Assembly: GCA_012295275.1 (NCBI GenBank)
Contig: CM022668.1
Coordinates: 2,914,001 to 2,978,000, forward strand
DNA length: 64,000 bases
DNA from: Chrysomallon squamiferum
Taxonomy: Eukaryota; Animalia; Mollusca
Reading direction: 5' to 3'
In this document: piece after piece, positions 14,870-28,785 of the stretch
Numbering within the stretch: the stretch's first letter is position 1
Layout of the letters: every line of letters starts with the position of its first letter
Position numbers and translations under genes: made by a program
The notes under the pieces: model-generated
Database searches by the model: none
Seen by the model: only the letters and a program-made list of their open reading frames with translations
Told to the model about the DNA's origin: nothing

Positions 14870-15298
14870 AGCTTTAGTGGCTACATATCCACAAATTCAA
14901 TTTTCTTTTCCTAATAATTGTATCATCACAACCTGTGCATTATCTATCTACGTTATGTCACACACACACACGTCAATGAATACAGCCAGTATTAAATAAT
15001 CATACAGTTCGTTAAAACAAGGGAAATTGTCAGATCAATAAGATTACACTTATGATCATTTAACAACAGTTTTCAATTAAATATTCAACACGGTAAATCT
15101 CTCTTAAATGAACAGACACTGTTTCCAAGGGAAACGATTAGGACAGTGGGAGGGGTAGGGTGGGGTGGGGTGGGGTGGGGTGGGTGAGTGTTGCTGTTTT
15201 GTAGTAAGTAATTTAAGGGAAGGATTTAGAGCAGTGGTTTCAGTTACTGTGTGAACTGGTTGAGTTAGTTTGATTCAGCATGTACTTCAAACAAATGA

Positions 15299-15332
<34 letters not shown>

Positions 15333-16047
15333 CTGTGTGTCAGTGTGTGTTCATCTGTATGTGTGTCTGTGTGTGTGTTTCATATTTCCTCAAGGGTAGC
15401 CCAGATATTTGTTAGCTGTTTTCGATATATGGACTATTTCAAAGAGGGACTGATTTCTGAACAAATAAGGGTAACACTTCAAAAATAACTCTTCAGACAA
15501 AACATAAATCTTTTTTGACCCAAGTTGGGTTTTTTTTCTTTATTTTTTTTCTTTTCTTCTTTTTTCTTTTTTCTTCTTTATTTTGGAAGAAAAAAAAATG
15601 AACCAGAAGAAAAGAAGAATGAAGAAATGCAACTGAAGAGTTGAGAATGTAAGTAAATTAATTGTTTTCTGACATTGAGCTAATTAATCTCCATGTTTTG
15701 CACCTTCTTTTTTCTTTCTTTCTTTTTTTCTTTTTTCTTTCTTTTTTTCTTTCTTTCTTTTTTTTTTTTTTTTGAAAATGTAATTGACTGAAAACCTTTA
15801 CTGATAAATGCAAATATTCTTTTTTCAAATCCTCTCTCTCTCTCTTTCTCTCTCTCTCTCTGAGTCATATATATTTTTTTTTTACCATTCAAAAATATAA
15901 ATTAAAACAAAACGAAAGAAATTAACATACTGAAAGATTTACGAGTTCAAGTTTAACAAAAAGGTAAAAATGTACCGTTCCAACCCCACTTTTTTTCCTG
16001 TTCTGCACATAACCCAATCTGATTTTCACAAATGTTGAAAACACTCG

Positions 16048-16092
16048 AACTTACCTGAAAAATAAAAAAAAAAAACAGAACATTAAAACAAT
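16048..16092 (-). other. Candidate recursive splice site (ratchet point), junction 16055|16054
   Basis: Minus strand: ttttaat (branch-like), gttctg, a long U-run, then atttttCAG|GTAAGTt. This is a strong acceptor fused directly to a consensus donor. Read as an exon in the frame of exon 1 it gives GKFECFQHL* (early stop), so it is not a normal coding exon. Confidence 0.6.
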
Positions 16093-16769
16093 TATATAAA
16101 GGTATACATTGTTAAAATACACAAAATTAATTTTCAGGATTTTTATAATTTTTTATTTTAATTTTATTTTAATTTTATGGTTTTTTGTTTGTTTGTTTGA
16201 GTCTTTCAACTAGTTTTTGTAAATAAATAAATAATAAAACATTAAGAAAGAATGAAAATATAAAAAAGATAATTAAAAATTAAAAATTCATGAAAAATTA
16301 TTGGAAAAAAAAAAAAAATGAAGACTAAAGAAAGAAAGAAGAAACTGAAATGGAAAGAAAGAAAGAAATAAAGAAAGAAAAAAGAAATTAAAATAGGAAT
16401 AACAGAACACGAAAAATAAAATTATAAAATATTATTATAATTTTTATATTTTGTTCTTTATCCTTTTATTTTTAATTAAGAATTAATTTTGAAACATACA
16501 CATCAACTTGAAATGAAAATTATTCTTTCAATAAAACACAAATATTTTGGCCAGGATCAATAAAACATTTTACTTGGACAAAACTCTTTTGTGTTAAAAA
16601 ATAAATGTCATAAGTGTTTGATCACTGTCTGTTTAACCTGTCTTTGGTTAACAAGATGACTAATTAACTGATTCTTGAGAGTTTCATCTCATTTCTGTTT
16701 CATCTTTAATCCTGTATTAAAGTCTTTTCTGACTGTTAACTTCACAGGAAGGAGTCAATCAATGTTCGT

Positions 16770-17430
16770 GTCTGTATTTCCACCACAAAATTATGCAGCA
16801 CCAATATATTTATCATGCTTATTATTTTACAACATTCTTTTGTACATTTCCTTCACAGGATTATGCAGCATCAGTATTTTCATTGCATTTGAAATCTAGC
16901 AGTAGAAGCTTAAATACTTCACAAAATTAAGCATTGTCATATATTTATTATCTAGCGTCATTCTTTTGTACATTTCCATTACAAAATTATGCAGCATCAT
17001 TTCAAATTGTTATGATATACAATATATAGGCAATATTCTTTTGTAAATATCCTCCACAAAATTATAGAGAACCAATATATTTGCTACATAAAATATCTAG
17101 GCTGTATTATTTTTTCATTTTGTTATTAAAATCAATACGTTATACCAAAGAAAATAGATTTTCTTAAAATACTAAAAATCTAAACAAAAGATGACATTTT
17201 TGGAGACTATTTTTTTGGCTATTGTTTTTTTTTATATCTGCTCCATAAATCTATGCCAAAATACCACATTTATTATCTATAATTTGATAATATGTAAACA
17301 ATGTTGTTTTTTGCCATAAAAATGTTTAAACAATGTAGCAGAATTTATTGAATGCTAGCAATACAAAATTTAGTTACTGTTTTATCTACTTCCTCCATAA
17401 AATTTAGCAGGATCAGTATTTTTATTACCT
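16770..17430. repeat. Degenerate minisatellite, ~60-75-bp period
   Basis: Recurring ttcc..cacaaaattatgcagca(c/t)ca and cattcttttgtacatttcc motifs. Confidence 0.7.
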
Positions 17431-18052
17431 TTTATTATTTTTTGTCTTTATCATTATTATTTATTATTATTATTTATTTATATATTTATTAATTTATTAT
17501 AAAAATACATTCATTTTTCTATACATATATTTTTTTTATATTTAAGCTTTTTTCATTTGTTTGTTTCCTCAACAGAATTCAGAAGCACCAAAGTACACAT
17601 TATTAACATCTATTCTGAATTTATTAAAATTTATTAAGACTGCATCATATGCATTCTAAAAACTATTACTAACAAGACAGAAAATTCATTAATTCCATAA
17701 TGGTTCCTTTTTACTTCTTCTTCAGTTTTCTTATTCTTTCTTTTTTTTATATATATATTAAGGTATTTAAAAAAAAAAAAAAAAAAATAAAATATACTTC
17801 TGAACAAAAATTCATCCTTTTAAGAGTTAAAATATGAGATGTTTAAATATGTTTTCACAGAAAACATGGTTAACACATGTAACAGCCTCCATGTGACTGC
17901 AATATCCCAGTATTAGCAACAATCAAAGAGCTGTATGACAGACTTCCACAGTTTCATAACACAGTATACTGCACAAAATAATTTATCAGTAGTTTTGGGT
18001 GAAAAAGCGTATGAACAGAAAATTAAAAACAAAAACAAAACAAACGGTTATT

Positions 18053-18089
<37 letters not shown>

Positions 18090-19167
18090 CTTTCTTTCTT
18101 TCTTTTATTCTTTCTCTCCCTCTTTTTATTTTCATCTATTTTCTATTTCTTTTTCTTTCAATTCTCTTTTATTTATATCTCTTCTCTTTTCTTACTCTCT
18201 CTCTCATTCCTATTGACATCTTTTTCTTTCTCTCCTATTTTCTTTCTTTCTTTCTTTCTCTTACTGCCTCTGTCTGCCTCACTCATTTTCAGAGAAAATC
18301 AAGGAGAGAGAAAAGATCAAAAATAAAAAGAGTGAGAGATAGTAACAGAGGGAGAAAAGAAGCAAGAAACAGGATGAGAAACAGAGAAAGACAGAAAGAC
18401 ACAGACAGGGTGACAGAGCAAGGCAAAGAAGGAGGGGACAGAAAAAAGAGTGGGAGGAGGGATGGGGGGAGGGAAAACAGACACAACGAGTCAAAGACAA
18501 ACATCAGACGTCTAAACCTATCCTTTGACCTTCAACCTGTTAATCATTACCTAACCCAACCCGTAACTTTTTCTGCTGCAGTATAGAAAAACACAAACCA
18601 CATGCAATACAGTTGCTTAATATGAATTCTGGGAAAAAAAAAAAAAAAAAAAAAAAAATGTTCTCAAAACAGAATAATGCCTAGCAAAAGACAATACACA
18701 TTTAGTCATTTCAGACATATTGTCCCCAATCCTCAACATCTGTTTAGCAGCAGAAGTTTCTTGTTTCAGGCAGACTCAGGAATCTGTTTACTTTTGAAAC
18801 TGACCCTAATTCCAGTCACATGTCTTCAGACTTCACTTCCTATTGCACCAAAGAGTTCCAGGCTGCTACCCATTGCTTTGTCGACTGGTTTCAACACATT
18901 ACAAGCCATTTAACCTTTCATTCTCCAAAACAAAACAGATACTGAAATTACTTCTCGCTGTCGCAAAGGTCAAGGTCGTTCGAGAAACTGAAACTGTATC
19001 TGTGTGTGTGTGTGTGTGTGTGTTTATTTATTTTACTTCTTGTTGTTTTTCCCGCCAGAATGATATGGATGTGTTTGTGTGTATAGAAAATGGTTAAGAA
19101 GTGGTTTGTAATGTGATAAAGAGATTATAGAAACTGAATCAGTGAAAGAAGGTGAAGTTGAAAAACA

Positions 19168-19595
19168 AGTAGTGGTAGTAATGTTTGTAGTGTAGTAGCA
19201 GTAGTAGTAATAGTTGTAGTAGGAGGAGTACTTGTTGGAATAGTAGTAGCAGTAGTGGTAGTAATAGCAATAGTAATAGTAGTAATGGTAGCAACAATGG
19301 TAGTAGCAACAATAGTAGTAGTTGCTGTTGTTCTCATTACTAGCAGTAGTAGTATTTCAGTGGTGGTAACAGTAGTAGTTGCTGTAGTTCTTGTAATAGC
19401 AGTAGTATTTCAGGTAGTAACAGTAGTAGTTGCTGTTGATGGCAATAGCAGTAACATTAGTAGCTAGTAGTAGTAGTAGTTCAGTAGTAGTAGAAGTAGT
19501 AGTAGTAGTAGTGAGTGGCAGTAGTAGTAGTAGCAGTAAGCAAGCAGTAGTAGTAGTAATAGTAGTAGTAGCAATGCAGCAGTAGTTGCAGCAGC

Positions 19596-19639
<44 letters not shown>

Positions 19640-19720
19640 AGGTAGTAGTAGCAGTAGTAGTAGTAGTAGCAGTAGTAGTAGAAGTAGTAGTAGCAGCAGT
19701 AGTTGTAGCAGTAGTAGTAA
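19168..19720. repeat. Degenerate (TAG)n/(CAG) trinucleotide tract
   Basis: About 550 bp of agt/tag repeats. Similar tracts lie at 29560-30110, 31490-31810 and 49860-50085. Confidence 0.95.
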
Positions 19721-20139
19721 CTGACATGACAAATGGGTGAACTTGTAAGGTGAATAACTTTCACACTTCTGAAACTTTTATCAATAAACACACAGAAATA
19801 AACAAACAAACAAACAAATAAACAAACAAACAAACAAACAAATAAATAAAGATATTGGGGAATGAGATAAACAAAATGTTTTCCACACTCCTTGAGAAAA
19901 AAATAAGAATAAAAAAAAAAAAAAAATTTGTGTAAACAGGAAAAGCAGAATAATTAATTAAAATTCTTCTGTGATGATTTCTGAGGATGTTTGTGCTGGC
20001 AGCTTCTGTCAGAGGTTTCTGTTTGAAGCAAAACAAAAATAGTTTTTTTATTTCAACTCCTCTGCTCACTCTAAACTCACAGGATGGAAGCAGAAGATTG
20101 TTTAACCACAAGTTTCAATGGCTGTGTTTCGAGTAGCCA

Positions 20140-20640
20140 GAAATAACAGGTGGGCAGAAGAACCTGACAAGTATTTCAGATGCGAGAGGTTGTTAGGTCA
20201 AATCTGGGTAAGGTACTGACGTGTCTGAGCACTCTGAAATAACAGTGGTTAATACACAGTTCTCTGAGATTCATTAGGTTGTTAGATCGAATCTTATTAT
20301 AACACTTTTTTTTGTAATTGGATTCAGAAATAACAGGAGGTTAAAACTTGTCTGACATATGGTAGGTTGTGAGATCAAATCTTATTATATGACTTTTTTT
20401 TGTAATTGGATTCAGAAATAACAGGAGGTTAAAACTTGTCTGACATATGGTAGGTTGTGAGATCAAATCTTATTATATGACTTTTTTTTGTAATTGGATT
20501 CAGAAATAACAGGAGGTTAACACACTTGTCTGACATATGGTAGGTTGTGAGATCAAATCTTGCTGGTGCTGTGTTGATTATAATTTGGTGGTTAGTGTGT
20601 TTGACTGACATGTCAGGGGTTGTAAGATCAAACCTTGACA
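20140..20640. repeat. Tandem repeat, ~88-90-bp unit, three homogeneous core copies with decayed flanks
   Basis: Anchor aggttgt(g/t)ag(a/g)tc at 20187, 20276, 20364, 20452 and 20542, with a decayed copy at about 20616. Confidence 0.9.
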
Positions 20641-21752
20641 CCTCAGTGTGTAGTGTAGCAGACACTGTAATTAATGTAATGAAGATGCAAAATCAAAAAT
20701 CTTTTTTTCACATTCTGTTTTAAAGTACATGGCTTGCATGTCATTTTGTATAGAGAGAAGAAAAACAGAAAGAAACAGTTAAAGAATAAATGGAGAGAGA
20801 GAGGAAAAAACAGAGAAAGAAAGATGCGTGTGTGTATCTATCTATATATATTATATACATAGACAGATAGATAGATAGATAGGTGGATAGATAGACAGAT
20901 AGACAGAGAGAGACAGAAATAAAAAGAAGAATGACAGAGTGACAGAAAACAAGAGGAAGAAACAGACAGAGATACAATGAAAGAAAGAGACAGAGAAAGA
21001 AAGAAAGTAAAAGAAAAGAACAGAGAGAAAGTAAGACAAAGACAGACAGACACATGGAGTGACTGAGACAGATTTAGTGTCTATTGTTTTACACATATTT
21101 CACTCCACCAAGCCTGAATTAGACTTTCTACCAAAAACACTCACAAAATCACCCTAAAAAAATCCCATTGAATAGCTGTTTTAAATATCCATATTTCTTT
21201 CTTTCATTTACACTCGTGAACTAATCTCATTAAAAAAAAAAAAAAAAAAATGTAATTTTTATTTTATTTTTTATTTTCTATCTCTTTTCTTTCTCAGACA
21301 TCTCCACACTTGTGATTAAGTTCCCCGGTCTGAAAACCATTTCTCCGACCCTTCGTCTTCATCCTCACTCTCGCTACATCTTCATCACTTCGCACTTAAT
21401 TTAACCCATTTCGCACACTTGTCGCATACACCCACCCACTCGCATTGCGTGCGCGCCCTCAGTTTAAACTCGCAGGTGACCCACAAAACCAAGACGCATG
21501 TTCACACCAGTAGAGTCTAAACTGGGAACTGAGGAAGCTATTTCCAGTCACCAGGTGATTATTTCTGTGTCGGCAAATTCTTACGTTTTTTCTTTTATTA
21601 CTTTTTTTTTTTTTCATTTTGCTTGAGAGACGTTTAGTTAGTTCAAGGAGTTAATTTTGTCACTTGTGATTTTCATTTGAGTCATTGTCGTTGACATATT
21701 GGTGTTATTAATCATTTATTTTATTACATATATAGATATATATCTATATATA

Positions 21753-21855
<103 letters not shown>

Positions 21856-21953
21856 CAGATAGAAGAAGGACAGACAGAGAGACATAGCAATGAAAACACA
21901 GTTAAAAAGACAGAAGGAAAGATACAGACTGAGAAACAGGGAGAAAAAGACAA

Positions 21954-22300
<347 letters not shown>

Positions 22301-22519
22301 GGTTATTATTAGCAGGTAAAATATGACACTCTCTAAAGCTCATGAATGTCAGGTATTAATAAAGCAAATCGCTGTAGTCAGACTGGGACATAAAAAATAA
22401 AAAACCAGTGTGAAGTGTTAGTGAGAAAACAAAGCAGTTCGTCTATTGACAGAGTAATTCATTAAACTGTCAACTGGCCCAGTTTACCTCTTTTTTATGA
22501 TTATTAATTTTCCTACCAG

Positions 22520-22800
<281 letters not shown>

Positions 22801-22839
22801 TTTTTTTTAATAAAACTGAATATTGAAGAGTCTCTTTTT

Positions 22840-22955
22840 TCTGTATCAATTCATCTTAATTCTGGTTCCACACAGTCGTTTATCAAAGTCTGTGGTATGT
22901 GTTATCCTGTTTATGGGAAGGTATATATATAAATATAAAAAGATTATTTGCTGAA
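22840..22955 (+). mobile_element. Decayed SINE fragment (resembles the Meta-domain core of mollusc SINEs)
   Basis: caaagtctgtggtatgtgttatcctgtttatgggaaggtatatata...aaaagattatttgctg resembles, from memory, the MetaSINE central domain (aaaggccgtggtatgtgctatcctgtctgtgggatggtgcatataaaaga). A second, inverted copy occurs in this window at about 30536. Confidence 0.5.
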
Positions 22956-23167
22956 TTTTTGGATTATTGTTTTTAATGATATTTAACAGTGATGTAGAAA
23001 TTCATTTTGTCATCTGTAGAAATTTCGAGAATATAGAATTTAGTTCTGAAAGGTCTGTATATTTAATTATACAGGACGATGTATTTGAGATTTTTCTTCA
23101 CCTATGTTATGTATCTATCTTTTCCTAAATGTTTAGAAACAGAAAGATTTTATTTTTTTAAATTTAC

Positions 23168-23199
<32 letters not shown>

Positions 23200-23544
23200 G
23201 ACTGTTTCTCCAACATTTCCTCATCTGAATTTACAAAATAATTATGTCCAGACTTCAAGTTCACTTTCATGGCTTCATGCATAAAAATAAAATAATCCTT
23301 ATTCTCCCATTTTTTTTCACCCTCAATTTGTCTTTTTATTTTTTTATTTTTTTTCTGTTTTTCTGTTTCCATGTTTCAAATAAATCTTCTCACTTGTTTA
23401 ATTTGTCACCACAAATTGCTGATTAATGGCTAAAAAACCTGCTTTGATCAGCTGATGAATTTCCATTTTCCAAATCATGCAAATACGCATGGGTACAATG
23501 ATATATTGCCTGAGTTCATGTGCGGACCACAAATGTGTGTCATT

Positions 23545-23890
23545 TACCACTGTGTATTAAACATAACTGTGTATTGCATACAACAGTATTAATTATAATT
23601 GTGTATTGCATACAACTGTATTAATTATAATTGTGTATTACATATAACTTTATTAAATATAATTGTGTATTTGATACAAATTAAATATAACTGTGTATTG
23701 TATACAACTGTGTATTAAATAGTAACTGTGTACTGCAGACACGTATTAATTAAACTTGTGTATTGCATACAACTCTGTATTATATACAATCGCATATTAA
23801 ACACAGCTATATATTACATGCAACCCGATACTGAATACAACTGTACTGCTCACCACTGTGCATTGAATATAACTGCGTATTGCACCCAGT
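23545..23890. repeat. Degenerate ~16-20-bp minisatellite
   Basis: Repeated aa(c/t)tgtgtatt(g/a)cata(c/t) and aactgtattaattat units. Confidence 0.75.
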
Positions 23891-25096
23891 CAGCGATATC
23901 TATTTATTACATGTTGAAAACAATCAACTGCTAGCCATCTGATCATCTCTCTTAATCTCCAAGTTGTTTCAGGGCATTTTATATTTATTGAAATATCAAT
24001 ATTGTTTTCAGAGAGAGGCCATCTTGGGGTGTAAGGATCTCGCACTGATGGGAGTATTGTTGCTGATTGGTTGAAAAGCGATACCATTTTCTGCAAGCCA
24101 AGTTATGATTTATTCAATATGTTTTATCGTGCCTTTAACAAAAGGAAAAAACAACAAAAAAACTGTTGTCATATAAGGAAATTAATGTGTGTGCACTTGT
24201 GTTATTGATATAGAAAATCTGTCAAGATTTTCCGTAGTTAGTGAACTTCGTGCATTTATCTGCGTCACTAGGAATAATTAATTTCCCATCGCAGAAATAG
24301 AAAAAGAATATCTTATGTGGTTTAGATAATTATTCCGAAAGAAATGAGGTTCATACGATGTTTACGGGAGAGGAGAAAGAGAAAGAAAGATAGAGAGAGA
24401 GAGAGAGAGTGAGGGAGGGAGAAACTAATAGAAAAAGACAAATAACAGCATGATAGAGATAAAAATAAAAGAAACAAATGAATAGGAAATATGAGGACAG
24501 AAAGAAAACCCAGAAGAAGAAGATGAAAACGTGAAGATAAATCACTAGACAGATGGATGGACAGAAATACAGATTACACTAGAGCGTAGACAAGTGTACA
24601 GACAGAAACACACAGACAGACAGATAAACAGATACAGATAAATTCAAAAGTGTTAAAAAAAAAAAAAAAAAACGTAAAAAAAAAAGAAAGAAAAAGCACA
24701 CACAAATAAAAAACACACAATGGAGACAGAAAATAGACAGAGAGACAGACTGACTGCCATTTTTATACATAAATCAGAAAGTTCATTATTATTAAATTTG
24801 TAAAAACCACCTGAGACCAGGCACGCGAAGTTAGAAAACATTTCAATTAAAAAAAGTAATTGCGGTGGGAGACCAAGTTTTATGAAGTCTGACACTTGAC
24901 AGTGGATCAATATTGGAAAAGTTCCCCACGGACAGACATACGCACAGACCCCCCCCACACACACACACAGACACACAGACATGTTGATAGTGGTAACAAG
25001 AAGATAAAAATATAAGTCTCCTTGTAGTAACAGACGTACAGACATCCACCCAAACAAAACTACACACAGACAAATATTATTTATTTATTTATTTAC

Positions 25097-25128
<32 letters not shown>

Positions 25129-25304
25129 TTATTTTTATTTTTTTCAAAATTCTACAATGTCTGTTAGATGCATCTTCATTTCAAATTCATAAACAAAAGC
25201 AAATAAACTCATAAAGAATTATTATTTGTGTTTTTGAAAACAGCACTTATTACTTTTTCAGAATGTATCTTACCTACTCAGACAGAGAAGCCATGTGTGG
25301 ACTT

Positions 25305-25346
<42 letters not shown>

Positions 25347-25472
25347 CTAAATCCTACATTTTTGCCAATGTTTTTCTTTTTTTTTTTTTTTTTTAGGAAA
25401 AAAGACAAAAAAATGAGACAGACGGAGTAAAAAAAAAAATTAAAAATACATTTAGTTACACATTAACACTTT

Positions 25473-25506
25473 TGGTCAGAGGTCAGATGTCACAGGTCAG
25501 ACGTCT
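25473..25506 (+). promoter_or_regulatory. Array of five nuclear-receptor half-sites at DR1 spacing (RXRE-like)
   Basis: TGGTCA-g-AGGTCA-g-ATGTCA-c-AGGTCA-g-ACGTCT, in a unique-sequence islet between homopolymer tracts, followed by a half-CRE (ACGTCA) and a CCAAT box (GATTGG). Confidence 0.4.
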
Positions 25507-25642
25507 GTGTGTACGTCATGTCACATCTGATTGGATAACTGAAACACTATATTCCTGAAGATAGATAGATTATTGTGTTAACGGCTGGTTCATGATCTGA
25601 ATGTTTCTTGGAAATACCATCTTCAGACTGCTGTAAAAAGAG

Positions 25643-25684
<42 letters not shown>

Positions 25685-26771
25685 AGAAGAAGAAGAAAAG
25701 ATAACTGAATAGAAAAACTGAACAGGATTTTTTTTTTGTTCAGTTTTATTTCTATTTTTTGGTTATTATTTTATTTTTTTATTGATTTAATATTATTATT
25801 GGTGTTACTGTTATTATTATTTATTATTATTTTTTATTATTATTATTATTATTGTTATTTTTATTATTATTTTAAACTGGAGAAAGATATAAAAAGAAAA
25901 AAAAAGAAGTAATTAAAGAAATAGGTAAAGTATATGTGAAGAAAAAAATTAAAACAATGAAGAAGAATGAAAAATGGCAAATAAATATTTACAATAAAAT
26001 AGACTGGTGGAAAAACAAAGAAAAAGAATAATATATATAAAAAAGTTTGAAAGTCTAAAAAAAAAAGAACAAAAAAAGAAAAAAAAAGAACAAAAAAAAA
26101 GAGATAAAAAAGGAAAAGAAATTCATACATGAAAAAATATTCTTCAGAAGGCAAAACATATTTAGCAAGCGTAAAACGAAACACAGAAACATAAAAAAGG
26201 TCTAATTTAAAAATAAAAACAGAGAAAGAAAAGAAACAGGGAATAAAAAAAGAGGAAAAAAGGCAATGACAGACTATTTTCCTGACAACAGATTTCAACA
26301 AGACAAAAAGAAAAAAAAAAATAAAAAAAAAAAAAACAACAGAAAAAAAAGAAACAAAAAAGTAAAGAAAAAAAAACAATAGAAAGAAAAGAAAAACACA
26401 GGAAAAAAAGAATTATGCATTTGAAAAAAATAAAAATAAAATACTGATGACAAGTAAAAGAAACTCACATAAAGATTGGATTGTCACACAGTCACCTTTT
26501 TTTTCTGGGTGACACAGGCTTAATACAGAGACAGAGAGAGAAAGAGAGGCAGAGAGACCAAGCTAGTTCACTTTGTAAAACCGAATAAACCGAATAACCA
26601 ATCATAAAACGATTTCTCATATCAAATCTATGAAACTGTCTGCTGCCACCAAGTTGTTAATTAACTGTAAAAATAAACTGAACAAAACTACACAACAGAG
26701 CCACACCTAGTTCTTACTGGTCACTCACCAACTTCAGCACACTTACAGAAGGTTATCAACCTTTACAACAA

Positions 26772-26806
<35 letters not shown>

Positions 26807-27304
26807 AAATGAAGCTATTTTCCACAAACTATTTCTGAATTTGATATTTCAACATTAAATGATCTGTGTACAAATAGGTCTTACATCATGTTTCTAGCTA
26901 TTTAACACAAACTACGTCCTCTATATATGATATATATATATATATATATATATTTGGAATGGATGTGGGTGAAGCCACCCACACAGGTTGGTTACCAATG
27001 ACGAGAGAAGCACTGCATCAAGAGTAATGAGCTGATTAGTTCTCAAGGGTGCAGCTGAGGCCATCTTGGATTCTGATTGCTGTGGTGAGAAGTTATTTAA
27101 TTACCCCAACACCAGCCAAAGAGCACCAGTCTATGATCAGTTACAGTTTGCTGGGAAACAGACAGAATATCACCTGTGTTATGAGGTCGTTTGGGATCTT
27201 TTCACCTGCTATTTCTACTTGTTTGTTTCGCTGATTCTATTGTTGTTGTTCTTTCTATTGTAGTTATTGTTATTGTTACTTTTATTGCTTTTACTGTTTT
27301 TATG

Positions 27305-27337
<33 letters not shown>

Positions 27338-28004
27338 TTCCTATGGTATTATTACTACTACTGCTACTACAATATCCTATTATTATTATTGTTACTATTA
27401 ATACTACTATTATTATTGTTATTGTTATTATGACTGTTACTATTAATACTACTATTAGTATCATTATTACTATTATTGTTGTTGTTATTACACATACATT
27501 ATTTTATATGTTATTATTATTACCATATTAGTATTATTGTTATTATTAATTCTTATAATAGCAGCTAGGAACATTAGTATTTATACCTTCCCATAAGTTG
27601 GAAAAACACAACTTTTAAAATCTATCAATTCAGCAAATGAAGAAAAAAAAAAAAAAAAAAAAAAAATGTACCCACCAAGAATTGATCTCACTATGTAACA
27701 CACATCACCTACATCCTATGAATGATGTACAATATAAAGAAACACTTAAACAGCTATGAAAACAGATATTGCATTTCAGTCTGGCATACTTCTGTTACCA
27801 CCCACACCATATTCACACCTTGTTCCCTCCTACAAACATATACACACACCCACCCATATACATACGATGATATACACACACACACACACCTATGTATAAT
27901 ATTATACGCTATGATACACACACAGTCATGTATACTCAACATTTGAAACATCTGGCAAAACACTGACTAAGAGTGTATTAGTTTCACTCAACAGATGGCT
28001 CAAA

Positions 28005-28600
28005 CACTAAGATGAAGTGTTAAATACACTACAAGACTTTCTTCCATAGCTTCCATACACAAAACACTCCTGCCTATAGAAATTAATACAGGCTATTAAA
28101 GGCACCTAACCATATATTAATAATAAAGTTTAAAAACTTAATATTTTTAAAGGCACTAAAGATGAAGTGTTAAATACACTACAAGACTTTCTTCCATAGC
28201 TTCCATACACAAAACACTCCTGCCTATAGAAATTAATACAGGCTATTAAAGGCACCAAACCATATATTAATAATAAAGTTTAAAACCTTAATACTTTTTG
28301 AAGTCACTAAAGACTGAGTGAGGAAATATATTATAAAAGTTTCTACCAGATGGCTAGGCTACAGAATGATATTAAAGGCATCAAACCATTTGTTGATAAT
28401 AAAGTTTAAGGACTTGACTTTTTTTAAAGGCACTAAAGATTAAGTCAGGAAATACATTAGAAGTGTCTCTTCTGAAGCTTTCATTCATTAAATACTTCCA
28501 GATGTTTGCCTATAATAATTAACACTGGATATTAAAGGCACCAAACCATTTGCTGACAATAAAGTTTAACGATAAATTCTTTTAAAGGCACCAAACACCG
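28005..28600. repeat. Tandem repeat, 150-bp unit (two near-identical plus two decayed copies)
   Basis: gatgaagtgttaaatacactacaagactttc... occurs at 28011 and 28161 (period 150). Decayed units start near 28311 and 28438. The motif ttaaaggcac recurs throughout. Confidence 0.9.
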
Positions 28601-28785
28601 TGAATAAAACATTATTTCAGAGACTGTCTTTAAAACTCTCTAGGTACCTACAATGATAGAGCAACTCCTGATAATATCAATTCATTTGTGGGACAGTAAA
28701 GTTAAAAAGGAAAAATTATTTCTATAAAAATTTACACATTAATAAAAGTAGATAGCTCATTTGGCTACAGAAATTATGGGTTTTA

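Noticed and set aside
26712-26810. Minus-strand microexon after a long U-tract (taaag|gttgataacc..., donors gtaagt/gtgagt)
   Set aside because: The AAG acceptor is unusual, and there is an immediate in-frame TGA when spliced to exon 1.
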